A stretch of 64,000 nt of DNA from IMG/VR virus record IMGVR_UViG_3300000101_000008, positions 37,269-101,268 of that record; one strand, given 5' to 3'. The notes under the pieces were generated by a model. That model worked only from the letters and a program-made list of their open reading frames with translations. It made no database searches and had not been told where the DNA came from. Source of the DNA: a virus. Positions 18,808 through 26,768 of this stretch are shown in pieces (position 1 is the first letter of the stretch; every line of letters starts with the position of its first letter). Both the position numbers and the translations under genes were made by a program.

Positions 18808-20454
18808 ATGGCTTTAAATTTTCCAGACGCACCTAATGCAGACGATACTTATACTGAAGGTAGTGTAACCTGGGTATATGACGGCACTGTATGGAACATA
18901 CAAGCAGGTGCGGCATCATTAGATCAAAACTTATTTGCAACAGTTAATGCAGATACAGGAACAGTAACAGCATCTAATACAACTGATGCATTAACGGTTG
19001 CTGGCGGAACAAATGTAACTACTGCTATTGTTGGAAAGACACTTACTATTAATTCTAGTGCAGTAGGCGGCTCGTCAGATGTTATTAAAACAGTTACTAC
19101 TGATGACGGATCATTTACAGCAAGCGGAGAAGCTACTTTACAAATTTTAGGTAGAACAAATATTTCTACAGAGCTTACTACTAATACAAACGAATTACAT
19201 ATTGATTTAGATGCACACAGTATTGACTTTTTAAGTGATGTTGATACAACAACTTCTGCACCAGCAGTTGGACAAGTATTAAAGTGGGATGGCACACAAT
19301 GGGCACCAGGCTTTGACTCTACAACAGGCGGTGGCGGTACTGATGCAGATACTTTTGACGGATTTGACAGTACTTACTTTTTAAACTATAATAACTTAAC
19401 CAATACACCAACTGTTGCTACACTATCAGACTTTAGTGTAGGCAATGAAAGAACACCAGACGGTGACGGTGCTATTGAATATGATAATACAACAGGTGTG
19501 TTTAGATATACACCACCAACGCCCGGCGGCATTGGAGCATTAAGTGCAGAAGTAAATGATTTATCAGCGGCAGTTGTTTGGGACGATGTACCAGATGCAA
19601 ATATTACACAATCAAGTGTTACACAACACCAAGCCGCACTAAGTGTAACAGAATCACAAATTACTGACTTGGGCAGTTATATTACAGACTACACTGTAGT
19701 TGCTAGTGACTTAAATGCTATTAGCGTAGGCGCACTTAGTGATGTTGATCTTACTGGAGTTGGTAACGGAGAAGTGTTAGCATGGAACAATACTAACAGT
19801 AGATTTGAACCAACATCTCCTGCAGGATCAGGCGGTATTGCATTAACAGATTTAAGTGTAACAGCAAATGCGGCAAGCGGTACAGGCGCACTTGTGTATG
19901 ATAATACTACTGGAGCATTTACTTATACACCACCTGCGGCAGGCGCAACTGAGATTAACGATTTAAGTGATGTTAGTATTGCTTGGATTGGTAACTTACC
20001 ATTAGATAATAAAGGACAGTTATTAAGTTGGACTGGTAGTACATTTATTAACTACACAGGTACTACTATTGATAAGATTACAGAAAACACATTAGTAGAA
20101 TTTCAAGTTGGTAATGTAGGTACACAGTCTTATAATTTCTTTCCACACTATTCAGGACAAAATCCAACAATATATGTAATGTCAGGTACAACAGTTTCGT
20201 TTAAATTAGACGGAGCCCAAGGACATCCATTTGCTATACAAGATCCTACAGGAACTACAATTACAGATGCTACACAAATTTTCCATGTACAAACTAATGG
20301 TAATAAAACTACTGGCTCATTAGCACAAGGTAGATCAGAAGGTGTATTGTATTGGAGAATACCTGAAACTTATTCAGGTGGTTATAGATATCAGTGTACT
20401 GCTCACCCTGCTATGGTTGGATCAATTCAAATAAAAAGATTTAGTCAAATTTAA
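18808..20454 (+). CDS. Fibre-like virion protein with C-terminal cupredoxin (blue-copper)-like domain
   Basis: MALNFP N-terminus, LSDV repeats, YDNTTG-x-F-x-YTPP modules; C-terminal GHPF...YQCTAHPAMVG gives a His/Cys/His/Met type-1 Cu ligand set. Confidence 0.75.
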   Translation: MALNFPDAPNADDTYTEGSVTWVYDGTVWNIQAGAASLDQNLFATVNADTGTVTASNTTDALTVAGGTNVTTAIVGKTLTINSSAVGGSSDVIKTVTTDDGSFTASGEATLQILGRTNISTELTTNTNELHIDLDAHSIDFLSDVDTTTSAPAVGQVLKWDGTQWAPGFDSTTGGGGTDADTFDGFDSTYFLNYNNLTNTPTVATLSDFSVGNERTPDGDGAIEYDNTTGVFRYTPPTPGGIGALSAEVNDLSAAVVWDDVPDANITQSSVTQHQAALSVTESQITDLGSYITDYTVVASDLNAISVGALSDVDLTGVGNGEVLAWNNTNSRFEPTSPAGSGGIALTDLSVTANAASGTGALVYDNTTGAFTYTPPAAGATEINDLSDVSIAWIGNLPLDNKGQLLSWTGSTFINYTGTTIDKITENTLVEFQVGNVGTQSYNFFPHYSGQNPTIYVMSGTTVSFKLDGAQGHPFAIQDPTGTTITDATQIFHVQTNGNKTTGSLAQGRSEGVLYWRIPETYSGGYRYQCTAHPAMVGSIQIKRFSQI

Positions 20455-20695
20455 GTAGACTATTTAACTCACGTCTTAGATCAACAGTTTCTTTAATAAG
20501 AGAATTAATATTAGCTAGTTTAGCATGTCCTCTACTAGACGAATGTACTGTATCTATATTTTTTATTTTATCTTTAAGAGTTGCAAGTAACTGTTCGCAA
20601 TGTAGTTTTCCTTTTGAATTAGTTACTTGTGTAATTGCTTGTTCCCAACGCAGAATATCTTCTACATAGTCGTTATGCTGTGCTAGTGTGCGCAA
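20441..20695 (-). CDS. Hypothetical protein
   Basis: 84-aa helical ORF, TTG start preceded by AGGAG on the minus strand. Confidence 0.55.
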   Translation of the reverse strand: MRTLAQHNDYVEDILRWEQAITQVTNSKGKLHCEQLLATLKDKIKNIDTVHSSSRGHAKLANINSLIKETVDLRRELNSLLKFD

Positions 20696-21047
20696 GTTCT
20701 TCTCCTGTTGGAGTTAAGTTATATATGTCAGCATCATCGTCAATGTCGCCAACTTCAGTAAAACTACCACTAGGACTTAGACATTCAATACTTGCAGGCA
20801 TAAGTGCCGGTATATTAAATACTTGTCCTTCTTTTAAATTTGATTCAAATAATGCGCCTGTTGCAGTATCAATGTAATTAAGTTTAAAATTACCATCATT
20901 AATAAACCAACTTTTATTTTTAACTTTATGAAAGTGCATACTAGTTTTATTAGGTTTGTTAAAGCCTACAATTTTACTATAGTATGAATCTGTTTTAGCC
21001 CATGTTGCTTCGTAACCATAGGATGTTTGTTTTACATTTTCTGTCAT
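20673..21047 (-). CDS. Cupin-fold protein (mannose-6-phosphate isomerase-like, degenerate)
   Basis: YGYEATWA...TSMHFHKVKNKSWFINDG...LKEGQVFNIP cupin pattern. Confidence 0.65.
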   Translation of the reverse strand: MTENVKQTSYGYEATWAKTDSYYSKIVGFNKPNKTSMHFHKVKNKSWFINDGNFKLNYIDTATGALFESNLKEGQVFNIPALMPASIECLSPSGSFTEVGDIDDDADIYNLTPTGEELAHTSTA

Positions 21048-21485
21048 TTATTCCTCTAGTAAATCTATAACTTGAAATACTGTTTCTAATTTAGAAAGGT
21101 TAGTTTTATTTTGTAGTGTATTACGTAGCCCTTGATGTAACGTCTTTGGCCAACACCCAAAATCAACCCATGCATACCCACTGTGTTCTTGATTAAGAAT
21201 AGGAATAAACTCTCCTGTACAGCATACAAGGTATGTATGAAAATTAAACTTTGCATCATTAGATACAAAAGTTTCTAAAGGAATAGTTTTTACAATAGGA
21301 GTTGTTTCAGTTACTTCTTCAGCAATCTCTCTTTTGAGGGCTTCAAATGGTGTTTCACCGTTTTCGCTACCACCGCCAACAAGTCCCCAAGTACCGGCAG
21401 TCTTACCACCAGCTCTATGTAAAAATAAAAAACGTTTAGTGTCAAGAGCATAGAATAGTGCTCCACTACAAATTATCTTGTTCAT
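21048..21485 (-). CDS. NUDIX hydrolase
   Basis: Nudix box GGGSENGETPFEALKREIAEEV, plus EHSGYAW. Confidence 0.9.
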   Translation of the reverse strand: MNKIICSGALFYALDTKRFLFLHRAGGKTAGTWGLVGGGSENGETPFEALKREIAEEVTETTPIVKTIPLETFVSNDAKFNFHTYLVCCTGEFIPILNQEHSGYAWVDFGCWPKTLHQGLRNTLQNKTNLSKLETVFQVIDLLEE

Positions 21486-21493
21486 ACTAGTAA

Positions 21494-23011
21494 TTAGCCG
21501 TCTAGTTTAATTGACCAGTCACCTTTGGCATATTCACCGTCTACACTTAGTAGCCATTGATCGCCGTCCCAGTAGTATTGTACACCTGTATTAAGATTTG
21601 TAGTATATAAAGTAGTAATTACTTCATCGTTGTATATAAGTTTATCAGCACTTGCATCAAATACTATTTGCCATGCAGTGCCATCCCATTCAATAATATC
21701 ATTGGAGTTTGCAACAAAGTCTGTTCCGTTTGCATTTTTCCAAGCATCAGCACCATCTGTATTTGTTGTACTACCGATGCTACCTAATATTAATAGTCTT
21801 AGTCCTGCTACTTTAGCAGTAGTTGGGTCATAACGTAAAGGATCAATAATAAAGTCTATACTTGAATGTTGATTTGCATTACGTGCAGGGCCTTGTACAG
21901 TGCTGTTACTAGGCAATGTATCTTTATCAAAGTCAATTGTAAGTTTAGTTTCGTCTAATGGATTAACAGTAATACGTCCTGCAAGCATTCCGTTTATATC
22001 GGGCTTTCTAAAGTATGCAATACTTAACCCTGCTCTATAAGATCCTAATAATGCATCAAAATGGTCTCCCCATTTTATATTACTAGGCAATCCGTTTTTA
22101 AGAATTTGTGCTTGTCCATTTAAAATTAATACTCTATGTTGTGTGTAACTTTTTACTACTTCTTTAGCATGTCTAGTTTTTTGTTTTCTTGGATTCATTA
22201 TACCGTCACCGTCACTAGGTGCCGCACCTGTATCAACAACATTAGTAGTGTTATCTAATGTATCTTCTACAACAGTTTCAGTCATTCCGCCCATACTAAA
22301 CAAATTAGTACCTTGTAACATTTGTTCAAAATCAACATATCCGTCACCGTCGAAGATACTAGTAACAATATTTGTAATAACGCCTAAACGTTTTACTTTT
22401 GCTGGAGGACTAATATAAATTGGAGTACTAAATGTCATTGATCCAACATCTATTTCGCTGTCAACACCTGTTGGTATTGAACGACTACTAAAGTTAACAC
22501 TATCAAGCATAATAGTTGTTAAACTAGTCCAGTCTAAATAGTTGTCAGTTGTTTGTATATCTAAACTTGGATTAAAGAGCATTAATATTTGCTCCATAAT
22601 TTGTAATTTCATATCTGTGTTTGTTGACCATAGATCAACATTTACAGTTAGCCTATATGGTGTTGGCATTAAACGTTCTACAGTATATTGTTTACCTGCT
22701 TGATCAGTATAGTCGCCTGCACCATCTTTTGCACGTTCTCTAATATGTCTTTTGTTTACATAACTAGAATCACTAGTACGATCTCTATCTAGTTCTAGTC
22801 CTGTAATATAAACAGCCATACGTGGCGCACTAGGTATTTTATTTTCTGAATTGTCTCTTAATATTGAGCCTACTTGTCTAGTAAGATCTCCGTACAATAC
22901 AGGTACTTGCCTTTCAGTACCATCACCTGTTTGGTAGCTAAAGTTACTGAACAGACGCATCATCTGTACAAGATACTTTCTTATTTGTCCGTCATAAAAA
23001 TGTTCAGCCAT
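21494..23011 (-). CDS. gp15: Tail terminator / sheath stabiliser (T4 gp15-like) with C-terminal extension
   Basis: HFYDGQIRKY, VPVLYG, PRMAV, PTPYRLTVNVDLWSTNTDMKLQIMEQILMLFNPS; adjacent to gp14/gp13. Confidence 0.8.
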   Translation of the reverse strand: MAEHFYDGQIRKYLVQMMRLFSNFSYQTGDGTERQVPVLYGDLTRQVGSILRDNSENKIPSAPRMAVYITGLELDRDRTSDSSYVNKRHIRERAKDGAGDYTDQAGKQYTVERLMPTPYRLTVNVDLWSTNTDMKLQIMEQILMLFNPSLDIQTTDNYLDWTSLTTIMLDSVNFSSRSIPTGVDSEIDVGSMTFSTPIYISPPAKVKRLGVITNIVTSIFDGDGYVDFEQMLQGTNLFSMGGMTETVVEDTLDNTTNVVDTGAAPSDGDGIMNPRKQKTRHAKEVVKSYTQHRVLILNGQAQILKNGLPSNIKWGDHFDALLGSYRAGLSIAYFRKPDINGMLAGRITVNPLDETKLTIDFDKDTLPSNSTVQGPARNANQHSSIDFIIDPLRYDPTTAKVAGLRLLILGSIGSTTNTDGADAWKNANGTDFVANSNDIIEWDGTAWQIVFDASADKLIYNDEVITTLYTTNLNTGVQYYWDGDQWLLSVDGEYAKGDWSIKLDG

Positions 23012-24411
23012 TAGTTATCTGCCTTAGGTTTTAATACTTGTGAAAGAGCTTGACGTTGTTGCGTTCTTTCATTGTAAAGTGTTATTGTGTGCAGTCCTGC
23101 ATTTTTAATAGCAGTAGCACTTGGTAAAGTTAATTTTACAAGTTGTGTACTGCCGTCTTGACTTGTATATGGCTTTAGTATTCCAGGATAGTTAGTAGCA
23201 CTATTCATTGGATAGTCTACAACTGCATAACTAACCATTTCGTTGCCATCTCTATTGTCGCTAGTATATTCTATTTTTATATATTTTGCTGACATATCAG
23301 CAATGTCTGTTAGCAACTCAGTTTGTCCAACTGTTAATTGCATAAAGTCTGTTGCTATTGGAGTATCGTATAGATAAGTGTCTACATCATTAATAAACGA
23401 TCCTCTTAGTGTATCTTTGGTTCCATTATTCATTGGAGCTCTCTTAACATCGTGTACTTTTATCCAACGATTTTTTTCGTATCTAAATAACCTTTGAGGT
23501 AAAAAGTCTGTTCGCATAAAATAGTCACCGTCTACAGAGTTAACTGGAAAACTTATACCACTACCAAATTGACTTCCGTTAGGTGCAAATTCGTCACCTA
23601 TTAACAGTCCATCATATCCGTGTCCTCTAGGTGTTGCTTTGTCAGTTATTGTACTGCCATCATCAGCAACCTGTTCTACTGCGGCTCTACCTGTATCTTC
23701 ATCTACTGCAAGTGTATATAATGCTGTATCTGTATCATACCCGCTTTTAGGAGTATTAGTATTTGCTTCTGCAACTACAGCATTGTTAACATTCATTTCT
23801 GCTTCGAATGTTGATAATACATCACGTAATGTACCATCTTCTGGATAGTCTTCACTTGCTGGTAAGTCAAGTATATCTTTGTACTCTTGACTGTCTACTA
23901 TTTGTTTTAATTTAAGTCTATATAAGTGTGGATACCAAGTTGGTGAAAAGCCTTCTGCGGCTCTATTAATATCTTCAATAACATAAAAACGCTTTAGTGC
24001 TACACTAAAATCATTCATTGCATATTCATCTTTTAAATGAGGAAGTTCTATAACATCGCCGGGCATAAGTTTACGCCCAACTGTTTGTACTGACGTATTA
24101 ATATGTACAGTCATAAACAATGTATCATTACTTAAGAACAAACCAAATTGGCTTAGATCAAAGTCAATGTCCTGTACATTGTAAATACCTCTGATAGTGT
24201 AGATGTCTTTATCATACTTTCTATCTCTATTTTCTAAAAACAACATATCTTGAATCTGTGTATGATCCTTTTCTGTTGTTCCGTCATTCGTACCGATATA
24301 CTTATGGACAAACAGGTCTGTCCCTCCAATATCGAACATTTCATTTATCTGGCGGTCTAAGAATTGAAAGTCTTTTCCGCGTTCTGGTTTATATAAACTT
24401 AACTTTGGCAT
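23011..24411 (-). CDS. gp14: Neck protein (T4 gp14-like) with C-terminal extension
   Basis: QDMLFLENRDRKY, LSQFGLFL, PGDVIELPH. Likely start is the ATG at 24411 (MPKLSLYK), 5 nt after a minus-strand TAAATA; the ORF-track extension to 24564 overlaps gp13. Confidence 0.75.
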   Translation of the reverse strand: MPKLSLYKPERGKDFQFLDRQINEMFDIGGTDLFVHKYIGTNDGTTEKDHTQIQDMLFLENRDRKYDKDIYTIRGIYNVQDIDFDLSQFGLFLSNDTLFMTVHINTSVQTVGRKLMPGDVIELPHLKDEYAMNDFSVALKRFYVIEDINRAAEGFSPTWYPHLYRLKLKQIVDSQEYKDILDLPASEDYPEDGTLRDVLSTFEAEMNVNNAVVAEANTNTPKSGYDTDTALYTLAVDEDTGRAAVEQVADDGSTITDKATPRGHGYDGLLIGDEFAPNGSQFGSGISFPVNSVDGDYFMRTDFLPQRLFRYEKNRWIKVHDVKRAPMNNGTKDTLRGSFINDVDTYLYDTPIATDFMQLTVGQTELLTDIADMSAKYIKIEYTSDNRDGNEMVSYAVVDYPMNSATNYPGILKPYTSQDGSTQLVKLTLPSATAIKNAGLHTITLYNERTQQRQALSQVLKPKADN

Positions 24412-24416
24412 ATACA

Positions 24417-24449
24417 TATTTATCGTAACGATAGTAACTACGATAAATA
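24417..24449. promoter_or_regulatory. Divergent pair of TAAATA late promoters within an 11-bp inverted repeat
   Basis: TATTTATCGTA (24417-24427) / 11-nt spacer / TACGATAAATA (24439-24449) between the divergent gp14 and gp13 genes. Confidence 0.7.
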
Positions 24450-24468
24450 CTATGACGGAGAAACTATA

Positions 24469-25455
24469 ATGGCAGTTAACCAAACACAAAAACAAGCAAT
24501 ATTTGACTATGTAAACGCCTTTCTGGGCGGCGGTATGGTTGATGTAGAACTGGATCCAATCCACTACGAAACTGCTTTATCTAAAGCACTTAGTAAATTT
24601 AGACAAAGGTCTGATAATTCAGTTGAAGAATCTTACTTGTTTATGCCCACGGTAGTTGATCAAAACGAATATGTACTACCAAATGAAGTAGTTGAAGTAC
24701 GTAAACTGTTTCGCAGAAGCATTGGTTCAAGACCTGCTACATCTGCATCAGGTGGTCCTATCTTTACTACATCACATGTTGCTACAGTTTCAAAAAATCA
24801 AACATTTGCTACAAACTATAATTTAAATTCTATTGCAACTGTTGTTGTAAAAGTAAATGGCGAAGCAACTACTGACTATGCAATTGATTACGTAACTAGA
24901 ACAATAACTTTTAACTCTGCACTAGCAGTTGGTGCTGTTGTTGGAATAGAATTATATGAATCAGGAGAAGCAGGCGGCGGATCATTGTTTGAACCGTTTA
25001 ACTTAGCATACACAAATGCATACCTATTATCAAGTTCAAACATGGGCGGACTAGCAACATACGATATGTTTAGTCAGTACCAAGAATTAGTAGGCAGAAT
25101 GTTTGGTTCGTTTATAGAATTTAAATGGAATACTACAAGTAAAAAATTAACATTACTACAACGTCCAAGAGCCGAAGAAGAAATATTAATTTACGCATAC
25201 AACCATAGACCAGATAGTGAACTACTTAGTGACTATCTTGCCAATCAATGGATCAAAGATTATACACTAGCAAGTTGCAAATACATGCTAGGCGAAGCAC
25301 GTAGTAAATTTGCTACAATCGCAGGACCACAAGGCGGTTCAGCACTTAACGGTGATGCATTAAAAGCAGAGGCCGCGGCTGAAATGGAAAAACTTGAAAT
25401 AGATGTAATTAACCAAGTTGCTGGTGGCGTAGGTTACGGATTCACAATAGGCTAA
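24469..25455 (+). CDS. gp13: Neck protein (T4 gp13-like)
   Basis: LGGGMVDVELD, WIKDYTLA, LGEARSKF, LNGDALKAEA. Confidence 0.85.
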   Translation: MAVNQTQKQAIFDYVNAFLGGGMVDVELDPIHYETALSKALSKFRQRSDNSVEESYLFMPTVVDQNEYVLPNEVVEVRKLFRRSIGSRPATSASGGPIFTTSHVATVSKNQTFATNYNLNSIATVVVKVNGEATTDYAIDYVTRTITFNSALAVGAVVGIELYESGEAGGGSLFEPFNLAYTNAYLLSSSNMGGLATYDMFSQYQELVGRMFGSFIEFKWNTTSKKLTLLQRPRAEEEILIYAYNHRPDSELLSDYLANQWIKDYTLASCKYMLGEARSKFATIAGPQGGSALNGDALKAEAAAEMEKLEIDVINQVAGGVGYGFTIG

Positions 25456-25521
25456 AAACCCCCCAAGTTAACGCTAACGATTTTGGTTCCTTGTAAATAC
25501 AATATGTAACAAGGAGAAGTC

Positions 25522-25767
25522 ATGTGTTCACCATTTGTGCGTAAAGAGGCTAACCGTCTTAACTGGTTAATTAAAGGAAAACTTATTGATAGATCCTGGA
25601 GCGATGAATCAGTTGAAAAAACCTACGATTCATATTTTAAAAGACTTTGGGGTAATAACGAAAGAGCAGAATACGGTGCTACAGGTTTTGAAGCCGCATA
25701 TAAAGCTCGTGAAGCTGAAATATTATCAGAAGAAATGAAGTCAGTTGCCAATTTAGGTTACGATTAA
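25522..25767 (+). CDS. Hypothetical protein
   Basis: 81 aa, AAGGAG RBS, preceded by TAAATA at 25494-25499. Confidence 0.6.
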   Translation: MCSPFVRKEANRLNWLIKGKLIDRSWSDESVEKTYDSYFKRLWGNNERAEYGATGFEAAYKAREAEILSEEMKSVANLGYD

Positions 25768-25769
25768 GG

Positions 25770-25798
25770 TTGACAAGCACTAATATAGAGTATATACT
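25770..25798 (+). promoter_or_regulatory. Sigma70-type promoter TTGACA-N17-TATACT
   Basis: Consensus -35, 17-nt spacer, near-consensus -10 upstream of the dNMP kinase. Confidence 0.75.
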
Positions 25799-25826
25799 TT
25801 AAAGATACTTAAAGGAGTTTATATTA

Positions 25827-26387
25827 GTGTTACCTAAATTACTAGTTGTTGGGCATGGTCGTCACGGCAAAGATACTGTATGTGAAATGTTAGAAGCATA
25901 CGGATATACATTTCAATCATCAAGTAAATTTTGTTCAGAACTTTTTATCTATAATGATTTGAAAGATCAGTACGGATACGCTGACGAAGAAGAGTGCTAT
26001 GCAGATAGGCATAACCATCGTACCGAATGGTATGATATGATACACAACTATTGTAGCGAAGACTTAGCTCGTTTAGGACGTAACTTATTTGATCAACATG
26101 ATATCTACTGTGGACTACGTAACAAGCGTGAATTCTTTGCAATGCAAAATGAACAAATATTTGACCACGCTATTTGGGTAGATAGAACAGATCATTTGCC
26201 TTTAGAAAATTACAAGTCTATGAGTATTGAACAATGGATGTGTGACTACACTATTGATAATAATGGCACACTAGACAGGCTACAAAAAAATGTTGATGTG
26301 CTTATTAAAACAATATTTAAAAATCGGGGACTAAGTCACCCTGCTTCCACACAACTCCCTCTTTTTGCAGAATTCTCTGACAGTTAG
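25827..26387 (+). CDS. Deoxynucleoside monophosphate kinase-like P-loop protein
   Basis: N-terminal Walker A VVGHGRHGKDT, GLRNKRE, DYTIDNNGTLDRL; AAGGAG RBS, GTG start. Confidence 0.75.
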   Translation: MLPKLLVVGHGRHGKDTVCEMLEAYGYTFQSSSKFCSELFIYNDLKDQYGYADEEECYADRHNHRTEWYDMIHNYCSEDLARLGRNLFDQHDIYCGLRNKREFFAMQNEQIFDHAIWVDRTDHLPLENYKSMSIEQWMCDYTIDNNGTLDRLQKNVDVLIKTIFKNRGLSHPASTQLPLFAEFSDS

Positions 26388-26652
26388 CACATATTGTTTT
26401 TAAGTTTTGTGGACGGCAGTTTTCTAAATTTCCGTCTATATGAAACACATTAAATTGTTCTGAGTGTTTAGATTTATAATTACACTTCTCACAACTACTC
26501 TTTTTTTCATAACCTCTTTGTTTCCACTTAGGTATTCCGTGGCCTGCTCCATTACGTAAGCAACGCTCACACAATGATCTATAGTAAGTTCTATCATCTT
26601 TTTTATAGTTTATAGCCGCAGGACGCTGTCCGCATTTGCATAAAGGTCTCAT
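26317..26652 (-). CDS. Zn-finger / HNH-like protein
   Basis: CKC, CERC and CEKC Cys pairs and FHIDGNLENCRPQNLKTICANCQR, an HNH-like signature. Confidence 0.7.
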   Translation of the reverse strand: MRPLCKCGQRPAAINYKKDDRTYYRSLCERCLRNGAGHGIPKWKQRGYEKKSSCEKCNYKSKHSEQFNVFHIDGNLENCRPQNLKTICANCQRILQKEGVVWKQGDLVPDF

Positions 26653-26656
26653 ACTG

Positions 26657-26727
26657 TATTTACCTCACCTTTTCGGTACCTTTTTTTAGGGTATATTACA
26701 GGTGAATTACTCTTAAACTGCTAAATA
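26657..26727. promoter_or_regulatory. Divergent TAAATA late promoters (minus 26657-26662; plus 26722-26727)
   Basis: The minus-strand motif is 4 nt from the HNH-like ATG; the plus-strand motif precedes the AGGAG RBS of the sheath gene. Confidence 0.6.
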
Positions 26728-26768
26728 ACTATAACAAAGACTCATTCATTATTAATAGGAGAAATATA

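Noticed and set aside
24412-24564. ORF-track N-terminal extension of gp14 (similarly 10097, 11251, 34839, 36431, 45741, 54090, 56279, 58377)
   Set aside because: The extensions overlap neighbouring genes or promoters; downstream starts fit coupling, paralog N-termini or promoter spacing better.
26317-26652. Mobile homing endonuclease
   Set aside because: Only 111 aa with a degenerate HNH motif and its own late-type promoter; no evidence of mobility from the sequence.
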